32,000 nt of DNA from Candidatus Nanoclepta minutus (lineage in GTDB: Archaea > Nanobdellota > Nanobdellia > Nanobdellales > Nanobdellaceae): the NCBI GenBank assembly GCA_003568775.1, contig MWMI01000002.1:79949-111948 (forward strand). The letters run 5' to 3'. The notes beneath the pieces were generated by a model that saw only the letters and a list, made by a program, of their open reading frames with translations, ran no database searches and was not told the origin of the DNA. Positions 25,469 through 32,000 of this stretch are shown in pieces. A program made the translations under genes and the position numbers. Each line of letters opens with the position of its first letter. The stretch's first letter is position 1.

Positions 25469-26171
25469 CCCTTGAGTATTCGAAATCCCTTCTCATGCAT
25501 ATCCTACAATCCTTCCTCTTTACCTTTACCTCCTCTATGGAAAATTCGGATAGATTGAAGTGGTATACCCTTGGGGAAGGATCGAATATAGAACGAATAA
25601 AAAGCTTTACCATGAGGGAGGAAATGAAAAATACAGAAGATACATCAATTCCCTCATCCCTACATGATACACAATCTCTCTTTCCATGATAAATATCATA
25701 GAAGCAGAAGTATTTCGGGTCTATATATCCAAAGAAACCTCTATTACCAGATATTGTACCAAATATATACGGTTTACCGATATAAACACTTATTTCATTC
25801 AGTAGATATTTTGTATCTATATTATCAACACAATCAAAGAATAAATCAAATTTTTTAAAGTATTCTAACTTTATTTCATTGAACTTTTCTACCATAACCT
25901 TGCTATTTATTTCCCTTACTCTTTCTTCTGAAGTATCTACCTTTAAACTTCCTACATCCTTCTCTCTATAGTTCTGTCTAGTCAGGTTATGGATCTCTAC
26001 TCTATCATAATCTAAGACTCCAATCTTCTTTACTCCCATTCTAGCTAACATCTCTACTATCCAACTACCTATTCCACCTATCCCAACAACTAAAACCTCC
26101 TTCTTGGATATTTCATCGCTCAGTTTCTCACCAAAAAATTTTATTTGAGGAAAAAACCTTGCCTTATCCAT
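25455..26171 (-). CDS. ThiF/MoeB/UbaA-type E1-like adenylyltransferase
   Basis: VLVVGIGGIGSWIVEMLARMGVKKIGVLDYDRVEIHNLTRQ (nucleotide-binding motif), FFDCVDNIDTKYLLN, and two CxxC pairs (CVSC, CRIC) for structural zinc. The track start at 26222 is TTG. The ATG at 26171 (MDKARFF...) overlaps the cdc48 stop by 8 nt and is preferred. Confidence 0.8.
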   Translation of the reverse strand: MDKARFFPQIKFFGEKLSDEISKKEVLVVGIGGIGSWIVEMLARMGVKKIGVLDYDRVEIHNLTRQNYREKDVGSLKVDTSEERVREINSKVMVEKFNEIKLEYFKKFDLFFDCVDNIDTKYLLNEISVYIGKPYIFGTISGNRGFFGYIDPKYFCFYDIYHGKRDCVSCRDEGIDVSSVFFISSLMVKLFIRSIFDPSPRVYHFNLSEFSIEEVKVKRKDCRICMRRDFEYSRDGSV

Positions 26172-28569
26172 AATATTTAGAAGTATCCTCCGGTAATATC
26201 TTCTTCTTAAAGGTTTCTGCAAATGCTTGATAGAACTGTATCATTTCCTTTGTAATCGAAGGTTTAACTTTTTCTAAAGCTTTGTTAAAGTGCTTCATCT
26301 TTACTTCTATATTCATCTCTTCTAATTTTTTGATCATATCTTTCTCAGGTAATTCCTTATATTTCCCTTTTACCTCTTCCATCGATTCCCTCAATGCAAA
26401 GATAGCTGCCTCCTTAACTAATAGCTCTAAATCTGCACCAGAATAACCTTCAGTAACTCTCGCTATCTCTTCTAAGTTAACATCCTTGCTTAGAGGTACG
26501 TTTCTTGTATGTATCTTCAATATCTGTAACCTTGCCTCATAGTCTGGTGGAGGTACGTATATCACCCTATCTATCCTACCTGGCCTCAATAATGCTGGAT
26601 CCAGTATATCTGGCCTATTAGTTGCTGCAATTACGACAACATCACCTCTAGAGGATATTCCATCTAGTTCAGTCAATAACTGGTTTACGATACTATCCAC
26701 AGCCCTCGTACCCATATAGTATCCCCTCCTAGGTGCGATGGAATCTATTTCATCGAAGAAAATCACTGTAGGCGCTACCTGCCTTGCCTTTCTAAATATT
26801 TCTCTTATTAACTTTTCAGATTCACCAAACCACTTTGAAAACACCTCGGGTCCTTTTATTGCAATGAAGTTTGCCCCTGCCTCCGTTGCAACTGCCTTAG
26901 CCAATAGGGTCTTACCTGTACCCGGGGGACCATAGAGGAGTATACCCTTCGGGGGTTCTATTCCGATTTTCTTATATATCGTCCTATACTTCAATGGCCA
27001 CTCAATAGCTTCCTTAAGCTCCTGTTTAACACTCTCCAACCCACCTATATCATCCCACTTAACCTTAGGTATTTCTATCAATACTTCCCTCATAGCCGAT
27101 GGAGGTACTAACTTTAAAGCTTCTTTAAAGTCTTCTTCAGTTACAATCAACTTCTCTAGTATATCAGGTGGTAGCTTCTTACCAGAGTACATCTCTATTT
27201 CAGGTAATACCCTCCTGATGGCATTCATAGCTGCTTCCTTAACTAAAGCAGATAGGTCAGCACCTACATAACCATATGTTATAGAAGCTAAATCTCTAAG
27301 CAATTTTTCTTTTTCTTCTTCGGTTAAAAGAACATACTTCTCCTTTCCATCTTCTATAATCTTCTTACCCAATGGTACCTTCCTCGTATGAACCCTTAAT
27401 ATTTCATACCTTCCCTCCTCATTTGGTACAGGTACTTCTATCTCTCTATCGAACCTTCCAGGTCTCCTAAGTGCAGGATCTACTGCATCTGGCCTATTAG
27501 TTGCTGCAATCACTATTACCCTTCCCCTCTCCTTCAATCCATCCAATAAAGTTAATAGCTGTGCTACTAGCCTCCTCTCAACTTCACCCATAGCCTCATC
27601 CCTCTTAGGTGCTATTGCATCTATTTCATCGATGAATATTATAGAAGGTGCATTCTTCTTAGCCTCCTCAAATATATCCCTCAACCTCCTCTCTGATTCA
27701 CCTACATACTTTGAAACTATTTCAGGTCCGTTTATAGCACTAAAATGTGCACCGGATTCGTTTGCAACTGCCTTAGCTAACAGGGTCTTACCTGTACCCG
27801 GGGGACCATAGAGGAGTATACCTTTCGGAGGTTCTATTCCTAACCTCTCAAATATCTCCGGATACCTTAAAGGTAGCTCAACTAGTTCCCTAACCTTGTT
27901 TACTACTTCCTTCATATCGCCTATATCTTCATAAGTAACTTCCGGTATCTCTTCTTCAACTTCTGTAGCCTTAGATAATAACTCTATCTCCGTATTTTCT
28001 GTAATTATTACTGGTCCCTTTGGAATAGTATTAACTACGGATAACCTAAGCTCTGGACCAAATCCGAATGAAAATATATCTTCGAATATGGATAGTTCGA
28101 AATCTAGATCAAAGAAAGGTTCTATAGACCTTCTATATGGTACTATGACAATTATATCTCCCTTCATCACTGGTCTATCAACCAACAACCTTTGTAGGTA
28201 AGAAGGAGGAATACTATAAGTTACATTTTTCTGAGCTGGAGCTAGAACTACCTTTTGGGCTTCGCTAACATTGGCTTTTCTTACAGTAACGTATGATCCT
28301 AAACTAACTCCTGCATTCTTCCTTATATAACCATCCATCCTTATTATTCCCAATCCTGCATCCTCCGGTGAAGCTGGATAAGCAATGGCTACAGTCTTCT
28401 TTTTTCCCTCAATCTCAACAACTTCTCCGTATTCTACCCCAATTCTCTTCATAGCCTCTGGATCCATTCTAACTATCCCCTTATAAACATCCTTTTGATA
28501 GGCTTCACCTACTTTAAGCTTTATTTCTGGAATCTTCCCATTAGTAGAATTCTTACTCGGAATATCCAT
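26164..28569 (-). CDS. cdc48: Cdc48/VCP/VAT-type double-ring AAA+ ATPase
   Basis: 801 aa. N-domain, two AAA modules each with [15 protein letters not shown] and DEID Walker B, SRH motifs, and a C-terminus ...SKYYG with a penultimate Tyr (HbYX-like proteasome-docking motif). Confidence 0.95.
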   Translation of the reverse strand: MDIPSKNSTNGKIPEIKLKVGEAYQKDVYKGIVRMDPEAMKRIGVEYGEVVEIEGKKKTVAIAYPASPEDAGLGIIRMDGYIRKNAGVSLGSYVTVRKANVSEAQKVVLAPAQKNVTYSIPPSYLQRLLVDRPVMKGDIIVIVPYRRSIEPFFDLDFELSIFEDIFSFGFGPELRLSVVNTIPKGPVIITENTEIELLSKATEVEEEIPEVTYEDIGDMKEVVNKVRELVELPLRYPEIFERLGIEPPKGILLYGPPGTGKTLLAKAVANESGAHFSAINGPEIVSKYVGESERRLRDIFEEAKKNAPSIIFIDEIDAIAPKRDEAMGEVERRLVAQLLTLLDGLKERGRVIVIAATNRPDAVDPALRRPGRFDREIEVPVPNEEGRYEILRVHTRKVPLGKKIIEDGKEKYVLLTEEEKEKLLRDLASITYGYVGADLSALVKEAAMNAIRRVLPEIEMYSGKKLPPDILEKLIVTEEDFKEALKLVPPSAMREVLIEIPKVKWDDIGGLESVKQELKEAIEWPLKYRTIYKKIGIEPPKGILLYGPPGTGKTLLAKAVATEAGANFIAIKGPEVFSKWFGESEKLIREIFRKARQVAPTVIFFDEIDSIAPRRGYYMGTRAVDSIVNQLLTELDGISSRGDVVVIAATNRPDILDPALLRPGRIDRVIYVPPPDYEARLQILKIHTRNVPLSKDVNLEEIARVTEGYSGADLELLVKEAAIFALRESMEEVKGKYKELPEKDMIKKLEEMNIEVKMKHFNKALEKVKPSITKEMIQFYQAFAETFKKKILPEDTSKYYG
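26886..26964 (-). repeat. Intragenic repeat copy (Cdc48 D2 Walker A region)
   Basis: By hand alignment, 75 of 79 nt are identical to 27762-27840. Both encode [25 protein letters not shown]. Confidence 0.85.
27762..27840 (-). repeat. Intragenic repeat copy (Cdc48 D1 Walker A region)
   Basis: See 26886-26964. Confidence 0.85.
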
Positions 28570-28591
28570 GCATAGATATTCTTAATGAAAA

Positions 28592-28599
28592 TTTTATAT
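28592..28599. promoter_or_regulatory. Single TATA-like box (TTTTATAT / ATATAAAA) apparently shared by divergent cdc48 and PRC-barrel genes
   Basis: Lies 22 nt from the cdc48 ATG (28569, minus) and 24 nt from the ATG at 28624 (plus). There is no second A/T box at proper spacing in the 54-nt gap. Confidence 0.35.
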
Positions 28600-28623
28600 T
28601 ATTACACATCTTATAATATTCGT

Positions 28624-28926
28624 ATGGCAGTTAACTTTAGGAAGGTTTCGAGCGTTTATCATTCAAAAGTCTATACGGAGGATGGATACTTCTTGGGTGA
28701 GGTAGAGGATGCGATTATTTCTGGAAATAAAGTGTATGGATGGAAGATAAAGATAGGAAGGAGCAACTTATTGAAAAGGAACATTAAAGGCCTTATAGTT
28801 CCGCACCAATTAGTTAAAGCTATGGGTGAAATATGGATAGTATCAAAAGCAGTTTCATCAACAACAGAATCTCAAGAAACTACAGAAGAAACTGAAAGTA
28901 AGGAAAATATAGAAAAAACTGAGTAG
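28624..28926 (+). CDS. PRC-barrel domain protein with an acidic S/T/E-rich tail
   Basis: From the ATG at 28624: MAVNFRKVSSVYHSKVYTEDGYFLGEVEDAIIS...IVPHQLVKAMGEIWIV follows the PRC-barrel pattern (GkkVy..dG..lG.V.D). The track start at 28585 would place the promoter-like AT tract inside the gene. Confidence 0.55.
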   Translation: MAVNFRKVSSVYHSKVYTEDGYFLGEVEDAIISGNKVYGWKIKIGRSNLLKRNIKGLIVPHQLVKAMGEIWIVSKAVSSTTESQETTEETESKENIEKTE

Positions 28927-28929
28927 ATA

Positions 28930-29325
28930 CTACCTGTAAGAAGTCTGATAGTGCTTCCTTGCCTTTGATGTAGGAGACTTCCTCTGTTCCTTTTTTCTTA
29001 TATCCGATTTCAATAACCAGGGATCATACGATATAAACAAGTTCTTCAACCTTTCATCGTTAAAGTATTCTACTAAAGCTTTTGCAATAGCAGTTCTAGC
29101 AGCATCAGCTTTCCCCATGAATCCTCCACCATTTACCCTAACCTTTATATCGACCTTTGAAACGTATTCCTCTCCAGCTAGTATTAAGGGTTCCATTATC
29201 CTAACCCTCGCTAACAATGGTTCATAGAATTCAATAGGAACGGAATTTATCTTCACTACTCCCTTTCCTTCCTTTATATATGCCCTAGCAATTGCAAACT
29301 TTCTCTTTGCAGAGACTATAATCAT
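28930..29325 (-). CDS. rps9: 30S ribosomal protein uS9
   Basis: 131 aa. GKGVVKINSVPIE...RVNGGGFMGKADAARTAIAKAL...RKKEQRKSPTSKARKHYQTSYR, typical of uS9 including the terminal YR. Confidence 0.92.
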   Translation of the reverse strand: MIIVSAKRKFAIARAYIKEGKGVVKINSVPIEFYEPLLARVRIMEPLILAGEEYVSKVDIKVRVNGGGFMGKADAARTAIAKALVEYFNDERLKNLFISYDPWLLKSDIRKKEQRKSPTSKARKHYQTSYR

Positions 29326-29348
29326 TATTTAATAATCGAGAGATACAT

Positions 29349-29807
29349 TTAAAATTTTGCTCCCAATTGCTTTGAGATCTCTCCAAGCTCCGTATACCAT
29401 ATCTTCCTCCTGCTATACTTGACCCTCTCCGTAATTAGAGCTTTCTCAAATATCATAAAGCTCTTATTAGAGAGATCATCAGGAATCCCTATATAAACCT
29501 TTAAGTTCCTTAACGCTTCCCTACCTTTCTTGTTCTTAGGCAACATACCCCTAACAACCCTCCTGAATATTCTATCTGGTCTCTTTGGATAGAATGGCCC
29601 CTTATACCAATCTCCTCTCTCCAAGACCTTATGCCTCCACTCTTCCACCAAATTCTTCCATTTTCCGGTTATAACTATCTTTTCAGCATTAACAACGTAT
29701 ACTTTTCTACCACTCAAAAGTATCTTTGCAACATAAGAAGCTAATCTACCTAATACATGACCCTCTCCATTTACATATACTTCCTCTGGCAGATCCTTTA
29801 CCTTCAT
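29349..29807 (-). CDS. rpl13: 50S ribosomal protein uL13
   Basis: 152 aa. GHVLGRLASYVAKILLSGRKVYVVNAEKIVITGKW...RRVVRGMLPKNKKGREALRNLKVY. Confidence 0.92.
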   Translation of the reverse strand: MKVKDLPEEVYVNGEGHVLGRLASYVAKILLSGRKVYVVNAEKIVITGKWKNLVEEWRHKVLERGDWYKGPFYPKRPDRIFRRVVRGMLPKNKKGREALRNLKVYIGIPDDLSNKSFMIFEKALITERVKYSRRKIWYTELGEISKQLGAKF

Positions 29808-30169
29808 ATTATTATCTTAACGTTCGAACCCTTCGGGTTTCGCCTTAAAAGTTCCTCTATACTTATAGCCTCTGCACCTGCCTCTCTAATCTTTTCAACT
29901 GCATTCTCAGAGAACTTCCATGCTGCAATCACTATCTTCTTATTTATCTTTCCCCCTCCAAGAACTTTTCCGGGGACTAATACTATATCTCCATCCTTTG
30001 CTAGCCTATTTATCTTTCCAACATTTACCTCAACCCTCTCCCTTGTAGGTTTAGATAAGAGATCTGAAGTATATATCCAGATCCTTGCCCCACTTTCCTT
30101 ACCACTCTTCTTTAAAATATGAGACAGTTTTCTCAGATAAACGTTAGTAGGACCCGTCCTCTTTACCAT
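29804..30169 (-). CDS. rpl18e: 50S ribosomal protein eL18 (L18e)
   Basis: 121 aa. MVKRTGPTNVYLRKL...VLVPGKVLGGGKI...VAAWKFSENAVEKIREAGAEA. Canonical archaeal L18e-L13-S9 order, with an ATGA overlap onto rpl13. Confidence 0.9.
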   Translation of the reverse strand: MVKRTGPTNVYLRKLSHILKKSGKESGARIWIYTSDLLSKPTRERVEVNVGKINRLAKDGDIVLVPGKVLGGGKINKKIVIAAWKFSENAVEKIREAGAEAISIEELLRRNPKGSNVKIII

Positions 30170-30190
30170 TTAACCTTTAACTTAGGGAAA

Positions 30191-30198
30191 TATTTAAA
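30191..30198 (-). promoter_or_regulatory. TATA-like box (TTTAAATA on minus strand) for the eL18-uL13-uS9 operon
   Basis: Lies 21 nt upstream of the ATG at 30169. Confidence 0.4.
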
Positions 30199-30203
30199 TT
30201 TTT

Positions 30204-31106
30204 ATGAAGTGTAGTATGTGTGAAAGGAAAGCGATCTATTTCAATGGGAAGGCATACCTATGTAAGGAACATTTTATAGAATACTTTGAAAGTAAAGTAC
30301 TTGATACAATAAAAAAATATGAACTAATCAAAGAAGGAGATAGAATAGGGGTAGGTGTATCTGGAGGAAAGGATTCCACTTCCCTATTATACTTTCTAAA
30401 TAAATACAAGGATTATTTGGGAATAGAAGTTATAGGAATACATATTGATGAGGGAATAGAAGGATACAGAAACATACTTACAGAATTCTTGTTAGATTTA
30501 GCTAAAAAGTTCGATTGGAAAATAAAGATATATAGATTTAAGGATTATTTTGACTATAATTTAGATGATTATGTAAAAAGAATAAAGAAACTTAAACCTT
30601 GTACAATATGCGGAGTATTTAGGAGATGGCTGATGTGGAAGGCCTCTATGGATTTAGAATTAAATAAATTTGCGACTGCACATAACCTAAACGATGAAGT
30701 TCAAACCATACTCATGAACATGATCGAAAACAATAGAAAGGATTTTGCTAAGGAAGGACCAAAGGTTGGTATAATAGAAGAAGGTTTTATTACAAGGATA
30801 AAGCCCTTTTATTTTATTAAAGAAAAGGAAACATTAATTTATTCAATAATAAATGGTATAAACCCTCCCTGGGCTGAATGCAAGTATATATTCGGAGAAA
30901 TAAGGGACGATTTAAGGAGATGGCTATATAAGATAGAGAGTGAATATCCAGGATTTCATGAGAACTTTATAAAGGAAAGCTTAGATATAGTGTTCAAAGC
31001 TAAGAAAGATTTTCCAAAAGTAAAAATAAATAAATGTAAATTATGTGGATATCCAACATCTAGAGAGATATGTAGAGCTTGTGAAATAAAAAATTATTTA
31101 AATTAA
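30204..31106 (+). CDS. ttuA: TtuA/Ncs6-type PP-loop tRNA 2-thiolation enzyme
   Basis: MKCSMCERKAIYFNGKAYLCKEHFIEYFESKVLDTIKKYELI...VGVSGGKDSTSLL closely parallels Pyrococcus TtuA (MKCKFCSREA...LCEEHFKEYFERKV...AVSGGKDS). Also PCTICGVFRR (cluster Cys) and the C-terminal CKLCGYPTSREICRAC zinc finger. Confidence 0.82.
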   Translation: MKCSMCERKAIYFNGKAYLCKEHFIEYFESKVLDTIKKYELIKEGDRIGVGVSGGKDSTSLLYFLNKYKDYLGIEVIGIHIDEGIEGYRNILTEFLLDLAKKFDWKIKIYRFKDYFDYNLDDYVKRIKKLKPCTICGVFRRWLMWKASMDLELNKFATAHNLNDEVQTILMNMIENNRKDFAKEGPKVGIIEEGFITRIKPFYFIKEKETLIYSIINGINPPWAECKYIFGEIRDDLRRWLYKIESEYPGFHENFIKESLDIVFKAKKDFPKVKINKCKLCGYPTSREICRACEIKNYLN

Positions 31107-31612
31107 TAACCCAAGTAGGAAGAATCTCTATCTTCTATTTCAATCCTTGATCTCCTTTTTAAATTTTTTAATATTTCTTGCGTTACATTCTTTAAAACTT
31201 CATCCAAGTTTTCTTGATTTCCAATCGCTCTATCTAATTGAACATAAACTCTTCTTGAATCCATATCACTTAAAGACATCTTCCCCATTGAAAAATATTC
31301 TTGGTCTCTTCTATTCTGAAAATCTATTCTAAACCTATCTATATATCCATATATCTTGCCCTCTTCTCTTTTGTTCAATATACTCATCCCAAGATCTAAT
31401 GAAGAATATTCATTATTTAAATAATTTCTCCTACCAGACCGATATTCAACTTGTATTCTATCTTCACTCCTATCGCTTTCTCTCTCTATACTTACTATAC
31501 TGCTATATTCCCTAATAGTTCTACCGTCTGCTACTGCTCGCATAGATTGCCTTTCCTTTATACTTTCTCTTATATGATATTTTTTCCACTGAGATGTCTC
31601 TTTGTCACTCAT
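31103..31612 (-). CDS. Hypothetical protein, R/S/D/E-rich, no family recognised
   Basis: 169-aa ORF with an ATG start and no TM segment or Cys. Its composition (many R, S, D, E, Y) differs from the K/I/E-rich bulk of the window. It has a 4-nt convergent overlap with ttuA. Confidence 0.5.
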   Translation of the reverse strand: MSDKETSQWKKYHIRESIKERQSMRAVADGRTIREYSSIVSIERESDRSEDRIQVEYRSGRRNYLNNEYSSLDLGMSILNKREEGKIYGYIDRFRIDFQNRRDQEYFSMGKMSLSDMDSRRVYVQLDRAIGNQENLDEVLKNVTQEILKNLKRRSRIEIEDRDSSYLGY

Positions 31613-31642
31613 AAATAAGTAATCATAGATAAAACTTGTAAA

Positions 31643-32000
31643 TTATTTTTTACCCTTTTCGTATCTAGCCGTATATAAATCTATTACCTGAGAAACGTAG
31701 GAAGGTACCTTATCCCTTACCATGTTGAGTAAAGAAACCACTATTCCTTCTAATCCCTCTTTACTTTCTTTCCTAATTATTTCATCCAAACTCCTATATA
31801 TATTACCAAAATCCATACCTCTAGCTTCTATCTCTTCTTTTCCCCTTATCTCTGGCTTTAAAGATACTGAATATGAGGATACATCAAAATATACATAAAT
31901 ATCTGAAGGTTTGTAATTAAACTTCTCCTTTTTAATGTTAAAAGAAAACAATACACTTGTCTTTTTAGGTACCTTATAGTAGTCTAATCCTATATTTATC
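31643..32000 (-). CDS. Hypothetical protein, probably 5'-truncated by the window edge
   Basis: The track start at 31951 is TTG. The same frame stays open to position 32000 (...INIGLDYYKVPKKTSVLFSFNIKK...), so the real start may lie outside the window. No family recognised. Confidence 0.45.
   Translation of the reverse strand, partial: INIGLDYYKVPKKTSVLFSFNIKKEKFNYKPSDIYVYFDVSSYSVSLKPEIRGKEEIEARGMDFGNIYRSLDEIIRKESKEGLEGIVVSLLNMVRDKVPSYVSQVIDLYTARYEKGKK

Noticed and set aside
1016-31332. Tracked 61-121 aa ORFs lying antisense to or inside longer genes: 1016-1213, 2800-3003, 3916-4128, 4846-5133, 5137-5385, 6559-6795, 7859-8167, 14786-15031, 18082-18294, 19770-20066, 21847-22128, 22256-22450, 22657-22872, 25495-25689, 25664-25858, 26738-26935, 29757-30122, 31147-31332.
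   Set aside because: Each is fully embedded in a much longer ORF with strong family motifs on the other strand. Their translations are low-complexity S/L/F/I-rich, as expected for the antisense of K/E/I/N-rich genes. None has its own promoter-like box or any recognisable motif.
31103-31612. Similarity of the 169-aa hypothetical protein to the N-terminus of YeaH/YhbH (DUF444) stress/sporulation proteins.
   Set aside because: The resemblance is limited to a W...R..K-rich opening. The length is less than half of DUF444, and no PrkA or SpoVR partners are present.
1-32000. CRISPR arrays, cas genes, IS elements, integrases, prophage genes, toxin-antitoxin pairs, rRNA or tRNA genes, inteins in polD or cdc48.
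   Set aside because: I looked for short regularly spaced direct repeats, transposase/integrase motifs, tRNA T-loops and intein blocks, and found none. The only repeats are the pilin 5' modules and the cdc48 Walker A tract, both explained by paralogy.

Overview
This is an AT-rich, very gene-dense archaeal chromosome segment. I call about 39 protein genes on both strands. Most gaps are under 60 nt and many neighbouring genes overlap by 1-35 nt. I recognised no rRNA, tRNA, CRISPR array, transposase or integrase. All homology calls rest on motifs I recognise by eye; no searches were run.

Core archaeal genes:
- DNA metabolism: Mre11-Rad50, XPD-like helicase, PolD large subunit (DP2), Hjc-like resolvase, an RPA-like OB-fold protein.
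- Protein quality control: thermosome, Cdc48/VCP.
- Translation and RNA modification: Fap7/AK6, diphthine synthase, the eL18-uL13-uS9 operon, a TtuA-type tRNA thiolase, a ThiF-type E1, a TrmJ-like SpoU methyltransferase.

The composition, compaction and apparently leaderless promoters fit a reduced-genome thermophilic archaeon (Nanoarchaeota/DPANN-like). That assignment is inference only.

Most notable items:
1. A type IV filament locus (9779-14376) with a FlaI/PilB-type ATPase and four co-oriented pilin-like genes. Two are tandem paralogues sharing a near-identical 161-nt 5' module. No platform protein or prepilin peptidase is visible.
2. The one anomalous intergenic segment (9005-9080). It is GC-rich, strand-skewed and 3-nt periodic, and it contains an untracked 55-codon ORF with an actin-like AGFAGDD motif.
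3. A homologue of the aminoglycoside-resistance-type 16S rRNA m7G1405 methyltransferases (FmrO/ArmA/Rmt/Sgm), chained to Cdc48 and an E1-like enzyme.
4. A minimal 184-aa archaeosortase-like protein with no visible substrate.
5. A truncated DAK2 (FakA/YloV N-terminal half) gene paired with a DegV gene.

I cannot show that any of these is a truly undescribed system. The pilus locus and the GC island are the best candidates.
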